64,000 bases of DNA, taken from positions 2,784,001 through 2,848,000 of the forward strand of contig CAXXVL010000002.1 in NCBI GenBank assembly GCA_963667845.2, in the 5' to 3' direction. The translations under genes were made by a program, and so were the position numbers. The notes below the pieces were generated by a model. The model saw nothing but the letters and a program-made list of their open reading frames with translations, searched no databases and was not told where the DNA came from. The stretch's first letter is position 1, and the number at the start of each line of letters is the position of its first letter. Source of the DNA: Smithellaceae bacterium. Lineage in GTDB: Bacteria; Desulfobacterota; Syntrophia; Syntrophales; Smithellaceae. Shown here in pieces: positions 9,528-18,104 of the stretch.

Positions 9528-9558
9528 GCACGTATTTTAAGGGTACGAGGTGTGACAT

Positions 9559-10803
9559 ATGTCCCAAACGAGATTAAAAATGAGAATTATCAGTATGTTC
9601 ATCGTCATAGCCGTCATTATGGCTTTGATCGGCATCATTGCTCTGTATCAGCTTTATTATATTGATAGTTCTGACGTCCGGGGTGTCAATGCCTACATGC
9701 GGGCGACCGGGATACTCACCTTCATCGGCTGCGTCGTAACGATGATCCTCGGTTTATATATAAGCCGCAAAGTTGTTGGGACCATTGAGAAAGAATTGAA
9801 GGGATTATCGGATATTATCAGCAACGTTTCTTCCGGTTCCTCGCAGGTATCTTCCTCCTCTTTGCAACTTGCCGATGGTACAAGTTCTCAGGCAACTTCC
9901 CTCGAGGAAACTTCTTCTTCCCTGGAGGAGTTATCGTCCATGACCAAACAGAATGCGGATAACGCGTCACAGGCCAGAGCTATGATGCAGGAGGGGGGGC
10001 ACATCGTCGAGAAAGTCAATCGGCATATGGTTGACATGGCCAAGGCGATAGCCGAAATTACCAAATCCTCCGAAGAAACGGGGAAGATCATTAAAACAAT
10101 CGATGAAATAGCGTTTCAGACGAACCTTCTGGCTTTAAACGCCGCCGTAGAAGCGGCAAGGGCCGGTGAAGCCGGGGCAGGTTTTGCCGTCGTTGCCGAT
10201 GAAGTCCGGAATCTCGCCATGAGGTCGGCGGAGGCTGCGAAAAATACCAGCCAGCTTATTGAGAATACCATGAAAGCCGTCAAGAATGGCAATGAGCTAA
10301 CCAGCTCGACGCAGGAGGCTTTTAAAGACAATGTCGCTTCTTCTACAAAAATAAGCCAACTGGTTGACGAAATTGCCACTGCCTCTCAGGAACAGGCTCA
10401 TGGAATCGCTCAGATAAACCGGGCGGTAGCGGAAATGGACAAGGCCGTCCAGCAGGCTGCTTTTAATGCTGAATCTTCAGCCGCCGCAGCGGAATCAATG
10501 CACGCGGATGTTAACCAACTGGAAAAAAGAATGGCAGCGCTGGCGGGTATCATCGGCGCCGATACGCGGGGTACAGTCCTTCGTGCTTCTTCCACGGGCA
10601 AGTCGCTTCTCGCCCCTGCCGGGAAAGACGTAAAAATGGCAGCGGCTAGACCTATTATTCCCCATGGCAAAGCGCTTCCTGCTCCTGCAGTTCCGGGCAA
10701 AGATGTGAAGCGAAAAGGCATGGCTCCAGCGGCAGCAAAGCCGAAACGCGTACGTCCGGAGCACGTCATTCCGTTTGATAAGGATGAGTTTAAAGACTTT
10801 TAG
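9559..10803 (+). CDS. Methyl-accepting chemotaxis protein with minimal periplasmic loop
   Basis: Two closely spaced TM helices; signalling tip [37 protein letters not shown]-rich tail ending EFKDF (CheR/CheB tether-like pentapeptide). Confidence 0.95.
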   Translation: MSQTRLKMRIISMFIVIAVIMALIGIIALYQLYYIDSSDVRGVNAYMRATGILTFIGCVVTMILGLYISRKVVGTIEKELKGLSDIISNVSSGSSQVSSSSLQLADGTSSQATSLEETSSSLEELSSMTKQNADNASQARAMMQEGGHIVEKVNRHMVDMAKAIAEITKSSEETGKIIKTIDEIAFQTNLLALNAAVEAARAGEAGAGFAVVADEVRNLAMRSAEAAKNTSQLIENTMKAVKNGNELTSSTQEAFKDNVASSTKISQLVDEIATASQEQAHGIAQINRAVAEMDKAVQQAAFNAESSAAAAESMHADVNQLEKRMAALAGIIGADTRGTVLRASSTGKSLLAPAGKDVKMAAARPIIPHGKALPAPAVPGKDVKRKGMAPAAAKPKRVRPEHVIPFDKDEFKDF

Positions 10804-10883
10804 TTCGCACCTTCTTTTGAGAATGTGCCGCTTCGGGAATTGACTAAGTTCCTGGCTGCACAATTATTGCGATCCGTTTGCTG

Positions 10884-11879
10884 CTATTTCTCATAGCCGC
10901 GTGTAATATAAAAAGTGGCCAAATCAAAAAAGATGGTCATTCGCCGTTGCAGTTCAAACGTCATGTAAAGATCAAGATTTTTTTGCAGCGCCCCTTGGGC
11001 AAGTGCGACATCCCAGATATGCTTTCGTATAAGGCTCAAGGCGCTCAGCACACCGCTTATCTTGACGCCGGCTTTCTTCCTTTCCAAGCCCAGGTTTACG
11101 TAAAAATTCTTTATTCGGCCGATATCATAAGCGTTTTCCAGCCAGAGTGTAATCTGTGAAATGATTTTATCGGAGATCGTATGGAGTATCCGGTTTTCAT
11201 ACGGCCGGTACTCATTTGTGGACGGATTGGTCTTCATGTCCTCTATCCATTGCAGGATCATTTCTTCTTTGTTTTTCAGGATGACATTAATCAGGCGTCG
11301 CGTCATTGAATTGGTTGCCTGGCGTGCAGGACGCGTTTTGTCATCCTGATGTTCGATCGCATCCAGAATGGCCCAATAGTCCTTCTTGCTTTTTATATAG
11401 GTTTCCAGGGCATGCCTGTTGGAGCGGAAAGCCAGCGGCGGAATCCGGTGAATCGGCCAGAATCGCGCCTGAGCGCTGTCATCGCCTGCGGCAAGTTTTC
11501 CGCCGCTCTTATCGACGACGAATGTCAGGAAAAGCAGATCCCCGTAAAAGCGGCTTTTGTAGGAATCAACATCCAGGAGTCTGCTGATTCGGCCTTTGAG
11601 GCCCGTCTCTTCCTTGAGCTCACGCAGTGCGGCGTCCTCGATGCTTTCGCCCGCTTCGGCAAAACCGGTCGGCAGGCACCAGCGGCCTTTGAAGGGAGGC
11701 CGGTCGCGTTTGACCAGCAGGATCTGCCGCGCCTCATCCACAATTGCCGAGACAACCGGGAGAGGATTGTCATAAAAGAAGCTGTGGCAGTTCGAACAGC
11801 AGTCTCTGAGAACATTGTCTTCTTTTTTCTTCACGATTTGACCACCGCAATACAGACAGAACAGGCGTTGCTTCTTCAT
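10884..11879 (-). CDS. Nudix hydrolase with N-terminal zinc ribbon and C-terminal helical (RsbRD_N-like) domain
   Basis: CLYCG...CSNC; Nudix box [26 protein letters not shown] at 11879 overlaps the upstream stop codon (ATGA). Confidence 0.85.
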   Translation of the reverse strand: MKKQRLFCLYCGGQIVKKKEDNVLRDCCSNCHSFFYDNPLPVVSAIVDEARQILLVKRDRPPFKGRWCLPTGFAEAGESIEDAALRELKEETGLKGRISRLLDVDSYKSRFYGDLLFLTFVVDKSGGKLAAGDDSAQARFWPIHRIPPLAFRSNRHALETYIKSKKDYWAILDAIEHQDDKTRPARQATNSMTRRLINVILKNKEEMILQWIEDMKTNPSTNEYRPYENRILHTISDKIISQITLWLENAYDIGRIKNFYVNLGLERKKAGVKISGVLSALSLIRKHIWDVALAQGALQKNLDLYMTFELQRRMTIFFDLATFYITRGYEK

Positions 11880-12748
11880 ATCGTTTCCTTCAGGAACTGA
11901 GGTTGTGCGCAAATAAAAATCGCATCGTCTTTGCACATGGTGATGACTTTATTCTGGGCGCCGATATCCTGCAATTTATGCAGCAGCTTATTCACAATAT
12001 TTTTCTTCTCGGCGTCTGTTCCGACCAGAAGAAAAGGGCTTTTAAACTGATAGTAGTTGACGAAAAAATCAATGTCCCAGGGCTGGAAAATCAGGGAATT
12101 ACTGAAGTTGAATTTCCGGACCCTGCCGAAATACGGCCGGAGCAATTTCTCGCCGTTTTCGGCAGAGAATTGCTGGACGATGACTTCAATCGGCAGAAGG
12201 CGGTTATCTGCCAGAAGGTTCTGCTCCTTCAGCGTTTTTCTGGTGATATGAATCAGTTCCTGCATATTGCATTGATCGTGGGTAATCGCGATGAAGGTGC
12301 CGTCCTTTCTCAGGACCCGGGCGATTTCCGGGATCATTTCAACAAAAAAATATAAGGCAAAACTGCAGATGATGAGATCAAAGGAATCTGCCGGATATTT
12401 CTTGATCGTCTGAACGCCCGTTGCCAAAAAAGTTCCCGAATAGCCGGCGCGGCGGCAGGCCTCCAGAAAAAAAGGCTCGTATTCCGCAACGATATCCAGG
12501 CCCGTTATGGTTGCCCCGGGGTGAAGCCTTCCTTTCAAGGCTTCCGTAAAGGCGCCGAAGGCCGAACCCAGTTCCAGGACATCACGGCAGTTCGTCAGAT
12601 CTACCTGATTGAGGGCTGTGAGGCGGATGTCTTCCTTATTGGATGAGAATTGGCGAATAAGCGTTTCGATGCGCAGATGCTTCTGCACATCACGGAATAC
12701 CTGCCGGATCTTTTTCCTGTCGAGAAAATCGACCATATTTCTTCTCAA
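11876..12748 (-). CDS. Class I SAM-dependent methyltransferase
   Basis: [22 protein letters not shown] and RVLRKDG. Confidence 0.85.
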   Translation of the reverse strand: MRRNMVDFLDRKKIRQVFRDVQKHLRIETLIRQFSSNKEDIRLTALNQVDLTNCRDVLELGSAFGAFTEALKGRLHPGATITGLDIVAEYEPFFLEACRRAGYSGTFLATGVQTIKKYPADSFDLIICSFALYFFVEMIPEIARVLRKDGTFIAITHDQCNMQELIHITRKTLKEQNLLADNRLLPIEVIVQQFSAENGEKLLRPYFGRVRKFNFSNSLIFQPWDIDFFVNYYQFKSPFLLVGTDAEKKNIVNKLLHKLQDIGAQNKVITMCKDDAIFICAQPQFLKETI

Positions 12749-12802
12749 CTTTTCCGATGCGTTTCGTGTTCCGAGATGAGAGGCCGCCCAAACGGAGGCC
12801 GA

Positions 12803-13489
12803 CTAGGCCAATCTTCGCACGCCTTCTGCCAATTCCGTTAACCCTTCCACATCGAGTATCGAAATCGAGCGGGTCGTCGCTTTGATCAATCCTTCTTCAC
12901 TCATACGTTTTAGAATGCGCGAGAGCGTTTCGGGGATGGTCCCGAGCAGTCCCGCCATTTGATTCCTGGAGATGTGGAGTTCGATCGATCGGGAAGAGCC
13001 GTTTTGTTCATGCAGATAGAGCAAATAAGCCGCCAGCCTGCCCGGCACTTCTTTGAGGGAGAGATTTTCCACAAGGGACGTAAGTTTTCGGAGTCTCGCC
13101 GACAGCAGCGCCAGCATGGACAGCGCGAGTGATGGTTCCCGGCTGATCAGCTCGACAAATCTCTGCCTGGGGAAAAAAAGAGTCCGCGTATCGGACAGGG
13201 CCTGAGCGGATGCCGGATAGTGTTTCCCGGCAAACACGGCCGCCTCTCCAAAAGGTTCGTGATCCTCGAGGATATGAAAAATCTGCTCTTTGCCTTCGGG
13301 GGAGAGTTTAAAAATCTTTACCTTGCCGGAAAGAATGACATAAAAGCCGGTTCCCTCGTCGCCTTCGGAAAAAAAATTTTGTCCCCTCTGGTGGGTGCGG
13401 TCAAGTGCGATTGCGCCCAGACTTGCGCACTGCCCGGGACTGAGTCCTTGAAACAGAGGAATGGCAGCGATCATTTGATTCACATTCAT
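12803..13489 (-). CDS. Crp/Fnr family regulator (HcpR-like)
   Basis: cNMP domain plus HTH GTIPETLSRIL; divergent from hcp. Confidence 0.9.
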   Translation of the reverse strand: MNVNQMIAAIPLFQGLSPGQCASLGAIALDRTHQRGQNFFSEGDEGTGFYVILSGKVKIFKLSPEGKEQIFHILEDHEPFGEAAVFAGKHYPASAQALSDTRTLFFPRQRFVELISREPSLALSMLALLSARLRKLTSLVENLSLKEVPGRLAAYLLYLHEQNGSSRSIELHISRNQMAGLLGTIPETLSRILKRMSEEGLIKATTRSISILDVEGLTELAEGVRRLA

Positions 13490-13522
13490 TCGTGGTTACC
13501 TTAATTAAAAAATAACGCGATG

Positions 13523-13538
13523 CTTGACTTAAGTCAAG
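13523..13538. promoter_or_regulatory. Perfect palindrome CTTGACTTAAGTCAAG, probable HcpR/Fnr-type site
   Basis: TTGA-N6-TCAA between the divergent crp/fnr gene and hcp. Confidence 0.75.
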
Positions 13539-13602
13539 GCGCAACTGGCGGATAATCCGTACAGTGCTTCCAAAAGGAAAAATAATTCATAAGGAGACGC
13601 GA

Positions 13603-15246
13603 ATGGAAAATCTATCAATGTTTTGTTACCAGTGTGAGCAGACGGCAAAAGGAGAAGGATGTGTAAAAGGAGGTGTATGCGGCAAGGACACGGAGGTTGC
13701 TGCGCTTCAGGATCTTCTGGTCTATGCCCTTAAGGGACTTTCGGCGGTAGCCGTTGACGCCCGCAAAGCCGGTATTGTTGATCATGCCATCAATGTATTT
13801 ACCGTCAAAGCGCTTTTCTCAACCTTGACCAACGTTGATTTTGATCCGGCACGATTTGTTGAGCTGATTGCCGAGTGCGCCAGTCTGCGCGATAGTTTGA
13901 AAGAAAAAGCGAAAAAAGCGGGCGCCGTGATTGATGAAAAATCAGCCGCTGTTACTTATCAACCGGAGACGACCGTGGCAGGACTCGTCGCGCAGTCTGG
14001 GATTGCTTCATTGAAAGCAGACGCGACAGTTAATCCGGATATCCAGTCTTTGCAGCATATCCTGCTTTTCGGGGTGAAGGGTGTGGCGGCCTACGCCGAT
14101 CACGCACAGATTCTGGGGCAGGAAGACGATAAGATATATGCTTTTGTCGAGGAAGCGCTGACGGCGATCTTGCGTGAAGAACTGGATCTGAATGCCTGGA
14201 TCGGCCTTGTGTTAAAGTGCGGCGAGATCAATCTGCGCACGATGGAATTGCTCGACGCCGCTAACACGGGTTCCTTTGGCCATCCCGTGCCGACCCAAGT
14301 CCCACTGGGAGCAAAGAAAGGCAAGGCGATTTTGATTTCCGGCCATGATTTGAAAGATCTGTCTGAACTCTTGAAACAAACCGCCGGCAAAGGAATCAAT
14401 ATCTATACGCATGGTGAAATGCTGCCGGCGCATGGCTATCCGGAACTCAAAAAATATCCGCATTTCTACGGGCACTATGGAACGGCCTGGCAGAACCAGG
14501 CTAAAGAGTTTGCGGAATTTCCTGGCGCGATCCTGATGACGACCAACTGCATTCAGCGGCCGCGCGACTCCTATGCAGCGAATATCTTCACTTCAGGCCT
14601 CGTGGGCTGGCCGGGCGTGGCCCATATCGCCGATGGCAACTTTGAACCGGTCATTAAGAAAGCACTGGAACTGCCCGGATTTGCGGCTGACACGGCTGGC
14701 AAATCCGTCACGGTGGGTTTTGCGCGCAACGCCGTATTGGGTGTGGCCGATAAAATCATCGAAGCGGTCAAAGGCAAGGCCATCCGCCACTTCTTCCTGG
14801 TAGCTGGTTGCGACGGCGCCAAACCTGGCAGAAACTACTACACAGAGTTTGTGGAAAAAGCGCCCAAGGACACGGTTGTCCTGACGCTGGCCTGCGGCAA
14901 GTTCCGTTTCTTCGACCAGGAACTGGGCGACATTGGCGGGATCCCGCGGCTTCTGGATATCGGCCAATGCAACGACGCTTATTCCGCCATCCAGATCGCC
15001 GTGGCGCTGTCCAAGGCATTCAACTGCTCGGTCAACGATCTACCTCTGTCGATGATTCTATCCTGGTATGAGCAAAAGGCCGTGGCGATTCTTCTGACGC
15101 TGCTTTACCTGGGCATTAAAGACATCCGCCTGGGGCCGTCCTTGCCCGCATTCATCACACCCAATGTGTTAAACGTGCTGGTGCAGAATTTCGGAATCAA
15201 ACCGATCACCACACCGGACGAGGATTTGAAAGCTATTCTGGGTTAG
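13603..15246 (+). CDS. hcp: Hybrid cluster protein (hydroxylamine/NO reductase)
   Basis: MFCYQCEQT...CGK, ISGHDL, YTHGEMLPAH, GCDG, GQCNDAYS and SWYEQKAV; AAGGAG RBS before the ATG at 13603. Confidence 0.97.
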   Translation: MENLSMFCYQCEQTAKGEGCVKGGVCGKDTEVAALQDLLVYALKGLSAVAVDARKAGIVDHAINVFTVKALFSTLTNVDFDPARFVELIAECASLRDSLKEKAKKAGAVIDEKSAAVTYQPETTVAGLVAQSGIASLKADATVNPDIQSLQHILLFGVKGVAAYADHAQILGQEDDKIYAFVEEALTAILREELDLNAWIGLVLKCGEINLRTMELLDAANTGSFGHPVPTQVPLGAKKGKAILISGHDLKDLSELLKQTAGKGINIYTHGEMLPAHGYPELKKYPHFYGHYGTAWQNQAKEFAEFPGAILMTTNCIQRPRDSYAANIFTSGLVGWPGVAHIADGNFEPVIKKALELPGFAADTAGKSVTVGFARNAVLGVADKIIEAVKGKAIRHFFLVAGCDGAKPGRNYYTEFVEKAPKDTVVLTLACGKFRFFDQELGDIGGIPRLLDIGQCNDAYSAIQIAVALSKAFNCSVNDLPLSMILSWYEQKAVAILLTLLYLGIKDIRLGPSLPAFITPNVLNVLVQNFGIKPITTPDEDLKAILG

Positions 15247-15318
15247 AATTTAAGCTCTCATGCCAGCATAAATTCTGTGTCATATTGTCAAGGATCGCCA
15301 TCGCAACCGTCATTCCTT

Positions 15319-15356
15319 TGTCATTGCGAGCCGATTCTCAATCGGCGTGGCAATCT
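15319..15356. repeat. REP-like palindromic element (GTCATTGCGAG...GTGGCAATCT type)
   Basis: tgtcattgcgagccgattctcaatcggcgtggcaatct; imperfect hairpin. Confidence 0.55.
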
Positions 15357-15380
15357 AAAATCATGATGCTGCTTCAAGTT

Positions 15381-15423
15381 AAAAAGGCTGCTCTCCCGAA
15401 AGACAAGGGGGGCAGCCTTTCTT
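15381..15423 (+). terminator. Rho-independent terminator after hcp (possibly bidirectional)
   Basis: aaaaaggctgctctccc...ggggggcagcctttctt. Confidence 0.65.
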
Positions 15424-15591
15424 GTCACTATAGGTTTCCATCAATAACCTCGTCATGCCGACGAATACGAGTCCCTTGCGAATAAACTTCCCCGCTCCTG
15501 TTGGGCGGGGATCAAGGGGAGGGGCGATGCTTGTTGCAATTACTGAATCAATGGAAAACAAAACGTTTCTCTATTTACTCTAATCTCTAAA

Positions 15592-15775
15592 AGGTGGCAG
15601 CTGAACCGGCCCCTACCGTGAGCAGATGCCCTGCAACTGTGGCTCTAAGCTCATTGCGCGAGAGCCGAAAACTCGCCCTGCGGGCTCAAACAGTTCGGCT
15701 CTTTGTCCCTCCATTTCGTTAAGAGCCACAACGTTTCGGGCATAATCCGCTCACGGCATGGGCCGGTTCAACTGC
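15592..15775 (+). repeat. Left terminal repeat; long nested hairpin
   Basis: Paired arms: gcagctgaaccggccc/gggccggttcaactgc, ccgtgagc/gctcacgg, atgccc/gggcat, tgtggctct/agagccaca, agagccgaa/ttcggctct; apical gccc-tgc-gggc. Confidence 0.9.
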
Positions 15776-15984
15776 TTTCTTATATTGAAAGCAACTCTTC
15801 TTATTAGAAAAGAATACAAACTACTCACGTTTTTGTAAGAGGCTGAGTTACTGTGAGGGAAGATGCGAAAATTGATAATAAAACTTTCTTCCTGCTATAC
15901 GTACCAAGTGGATGTTTGACAGATAAATAAATATTGGTCATCATCTATCTGCTTTTCTTGATGATTTAAGAAAAGGAGGCAGAA

Positions 15985-17136
15985 ATGACCCACATAGAGA
16001 GTATAGTACAGAAGACAGATTTATCATCTGAAAGCATAATCTCACCCGCCGTTAAGACACCTGATTATCATCAAACGAGATTGCGTTTCACATCCCACCA
16101 TGAGGAAAACATAGAAGCCCTTGGCAAGATTCTGAAGCGTCTTTCAGGAATGGGTTTACCGGGGAAGGAACATGTGGAGAGTTATCTTCGCTACCTGACC
16201 AGACGTAACCGCAAACCAAGAACATTGCACAGCCGTTACGAAGCGATAGTCATTTTTGTTGGCATGATCAGGGATAACGGCAGGACACGCCTTGAAGAAA
16301 TCACACGAAAAGACATAGAGGCATTTATCGAGCACGAGCAGGACAGGGGCAATAAGATTACAACGATAAGAACAAAACTTGTGAGCGTTCAGGCCTTTCT
16401 TCGTTACCTCATGGAGGAAGAGATTGTTTCCTCGGATATATTCAGCAGGAGGATACGACTGCGATTACCGGAACGGCTGCCTAAAGCCATTGATCCGGAA
16501 GATTTGCGGAAGTTTCTTTCCGTCATTAAAGACACGCGAGACCGGGCCATGATTCTGATTCTGTTGCGAACGGGAATGCGGATAGGCGAACTGCTGAACA
16601 CGAAGGTAATGGATGTCCACATTAAGGAACGGAATATCGAGATTTACGAAGGTGAAAAAAACCGTTTGGGTAGAGTGGTCTACCTCAGCGAGGATGCTGT
16701 TTCTGCTTTGCGGAAATGGTTGAAGGAGAGAGACACCTGGGAGGAGTATCTCTTTTATAGCCCCTCTGGGGGAACGGATACGATGTCCTACAGTGCCGCC
16801 TGGATGATCTTTCATAAATATCTAGTAAAGGCAGGATTAACTCACAAGGGTTATAGCCTTCATGCTCTCAGGCATACCTTTGCCACAGAGCTTCTCAATG
16901 CCGGCATGCGCCTGGAGTGCCTGCAGGTATTGCTGGGACACCGGTCCATAGAAGAGACGAGACGATACGCCCAGCTTACCGATAAGACCCGGGAGGAAGA
17001 ATATTTTAAAGCCATGTCCAAGATAGAGAGGAGGAACAAGAATGATGATGACCGACACGATCATGAACTGGAGGCGGTTTTTGAAACGGAGAAACTGCTC
17101 ACCCAATACCGTGAAAAACTATCTGAACATCATTAG
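15985..17136 (+). CDS. Tyrosine recombinase/integrase 1
   Basis: TGMRIGE, K (GEKN), HALRH, LGH and ETRRY; AGGAGG RBS. Confidence 0.95.
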   Translation: MTHIESIVQKTDLSSESIISPAVKTPDYHQTRLRFTSHHEENIEALGKILKRLSGMGLPGKEHVESYLRYLTRRNRKPRTLHSRYEAIVIFVGMIRDNGRTRLEEITRKDIEAFIEHEQDRGNKITTIRTKLVSVQAFLRYLMEEEIVSSDIFSRRIRLRLPERLPKAIDPEDLRKFLSVIKDTRDRAMILILLRTGMRIGELLNTKVMDVHIKERNIEIYEGEKNRLGRVVYLSEDAVSALRKWLKERDTWEEYLFYSPSGGTDTMSYSAAWMIFHKYLVKAGLTHKGYSLHALRHTFATELLNAGMRLECLQVLLGHRSIEETRRYAQLTDKTREEEYFKAMSKIERRNKNDDDRHDHELEAVFETEKLLTQYREKLSEHH

Positions 17137-17935
17137 GCACTTTGTCATCTGGGTGGATGTTCCATTGGAGGAGGCGACACACTTAACGATCTCGCACTAC
17201 ATTGATCACCTGATGAGGAAAAGGCTGGCTCCCAAGACCATAAACTGCCATGTAAACTGTATTCGCCAGTTTTACCATTACCTGCGTGATGAAGAAGGAT
17301 TAACCATTATCAATCCTGTCCGCAGAAGCCACATCCAGAAGATGTCTCGTCCTCTACCCCGGCATTTAAGGGACGAACAGGTGGAAGACTTTTTTAAAGT
17401 TGTAAAAGGTTACCGTGATAAAGCGATGTTCATGCTGATGCTGCGTTGCGGATTAAGGGTGGAGGAAGTAGCCAACCTTACCATGGGTGTTATAGACGTC
17501 AAACGTAGAACTATCTTGGTTGAGGACGGTAAGGGAGGAAAAGACCGGATCGTCTACATGAGCAATGATGTTCTTCAAGCCCTTTCATGCTACCTGAAAG
17601 TAAGGTCGGCAGCCAGGGCAAGAAAAATCTTTCTGTCCGAAAAGGGAGAATCCAAAGGGCAGCCTATCTCCATTCGCGGCATTCAGAGGCGCATGGAACG
17701 TTATGCCCGCAAAGCGAAGATCAAATTATCCTGTCATCATCTCCGGCACACAATGGCCACACAGATGTTGAATGCCGATGCTGACCTCTCCACCATCCAG
17801 GATCTTTTAGGACACAGCAGCGTTAAGACCACGCAACGTTATTGTCGTATATCAAATCTTAAAGTACAGCGGGATTACTTTAAAGCTATGGAGGTGATTA
17901 TGCAACGAACGGTTTGCAGCCAACACAGTCCTTGA
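17042..17935 (+). CDS. Tyrosine recombinase/integrase 2 (overlaps integrase 1 by 95 nt)
   Basis: CGLRVEE, GKGGK, HHLRH, LGH and TTQRY; GAGGAGG RBS. Confidence 0.95.
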   Translation: MMMTDTIMNWRRFLKRRNCSPNTVKNYLNIIRHFVIWVDVPLEEATHLTISHYIDHLMRKRLAPKTINCHVNCIRQFYHYLRDEEGLTIINPVRRSHIQKMSRPLPRHLRDEQVEDFFKVVKGYRDKAMFMLMLRCGLRVEEVANLTMGVIDVKRRTILVEDGKGGKDRIVYMSNDVLQALSCYLKVRSAARARKIFLSEKGESKGQPISIRGIQRRMERYARKAKIKLSCHHLRHTMATQMLNADADLSTIQDLLGHSSVKTTQRYCRISNLKVQRDYFKAMEVIMQRTVCSQHSP

Positions 17936-18104
17936 CGAAAGAACAAAAATATGAAAACTCATGCAATGTACAACTGATTAACATCAATAAGAAAAGCAGA
18001 ATTTGGTTCGTATAGCTTCCTGTAATTCGCACTTGAAATAATACCCCTAAAAATGCATGATTACAAACAGTAATCGTATATCTATCCTCATTGGAGAACA
18101 TATC

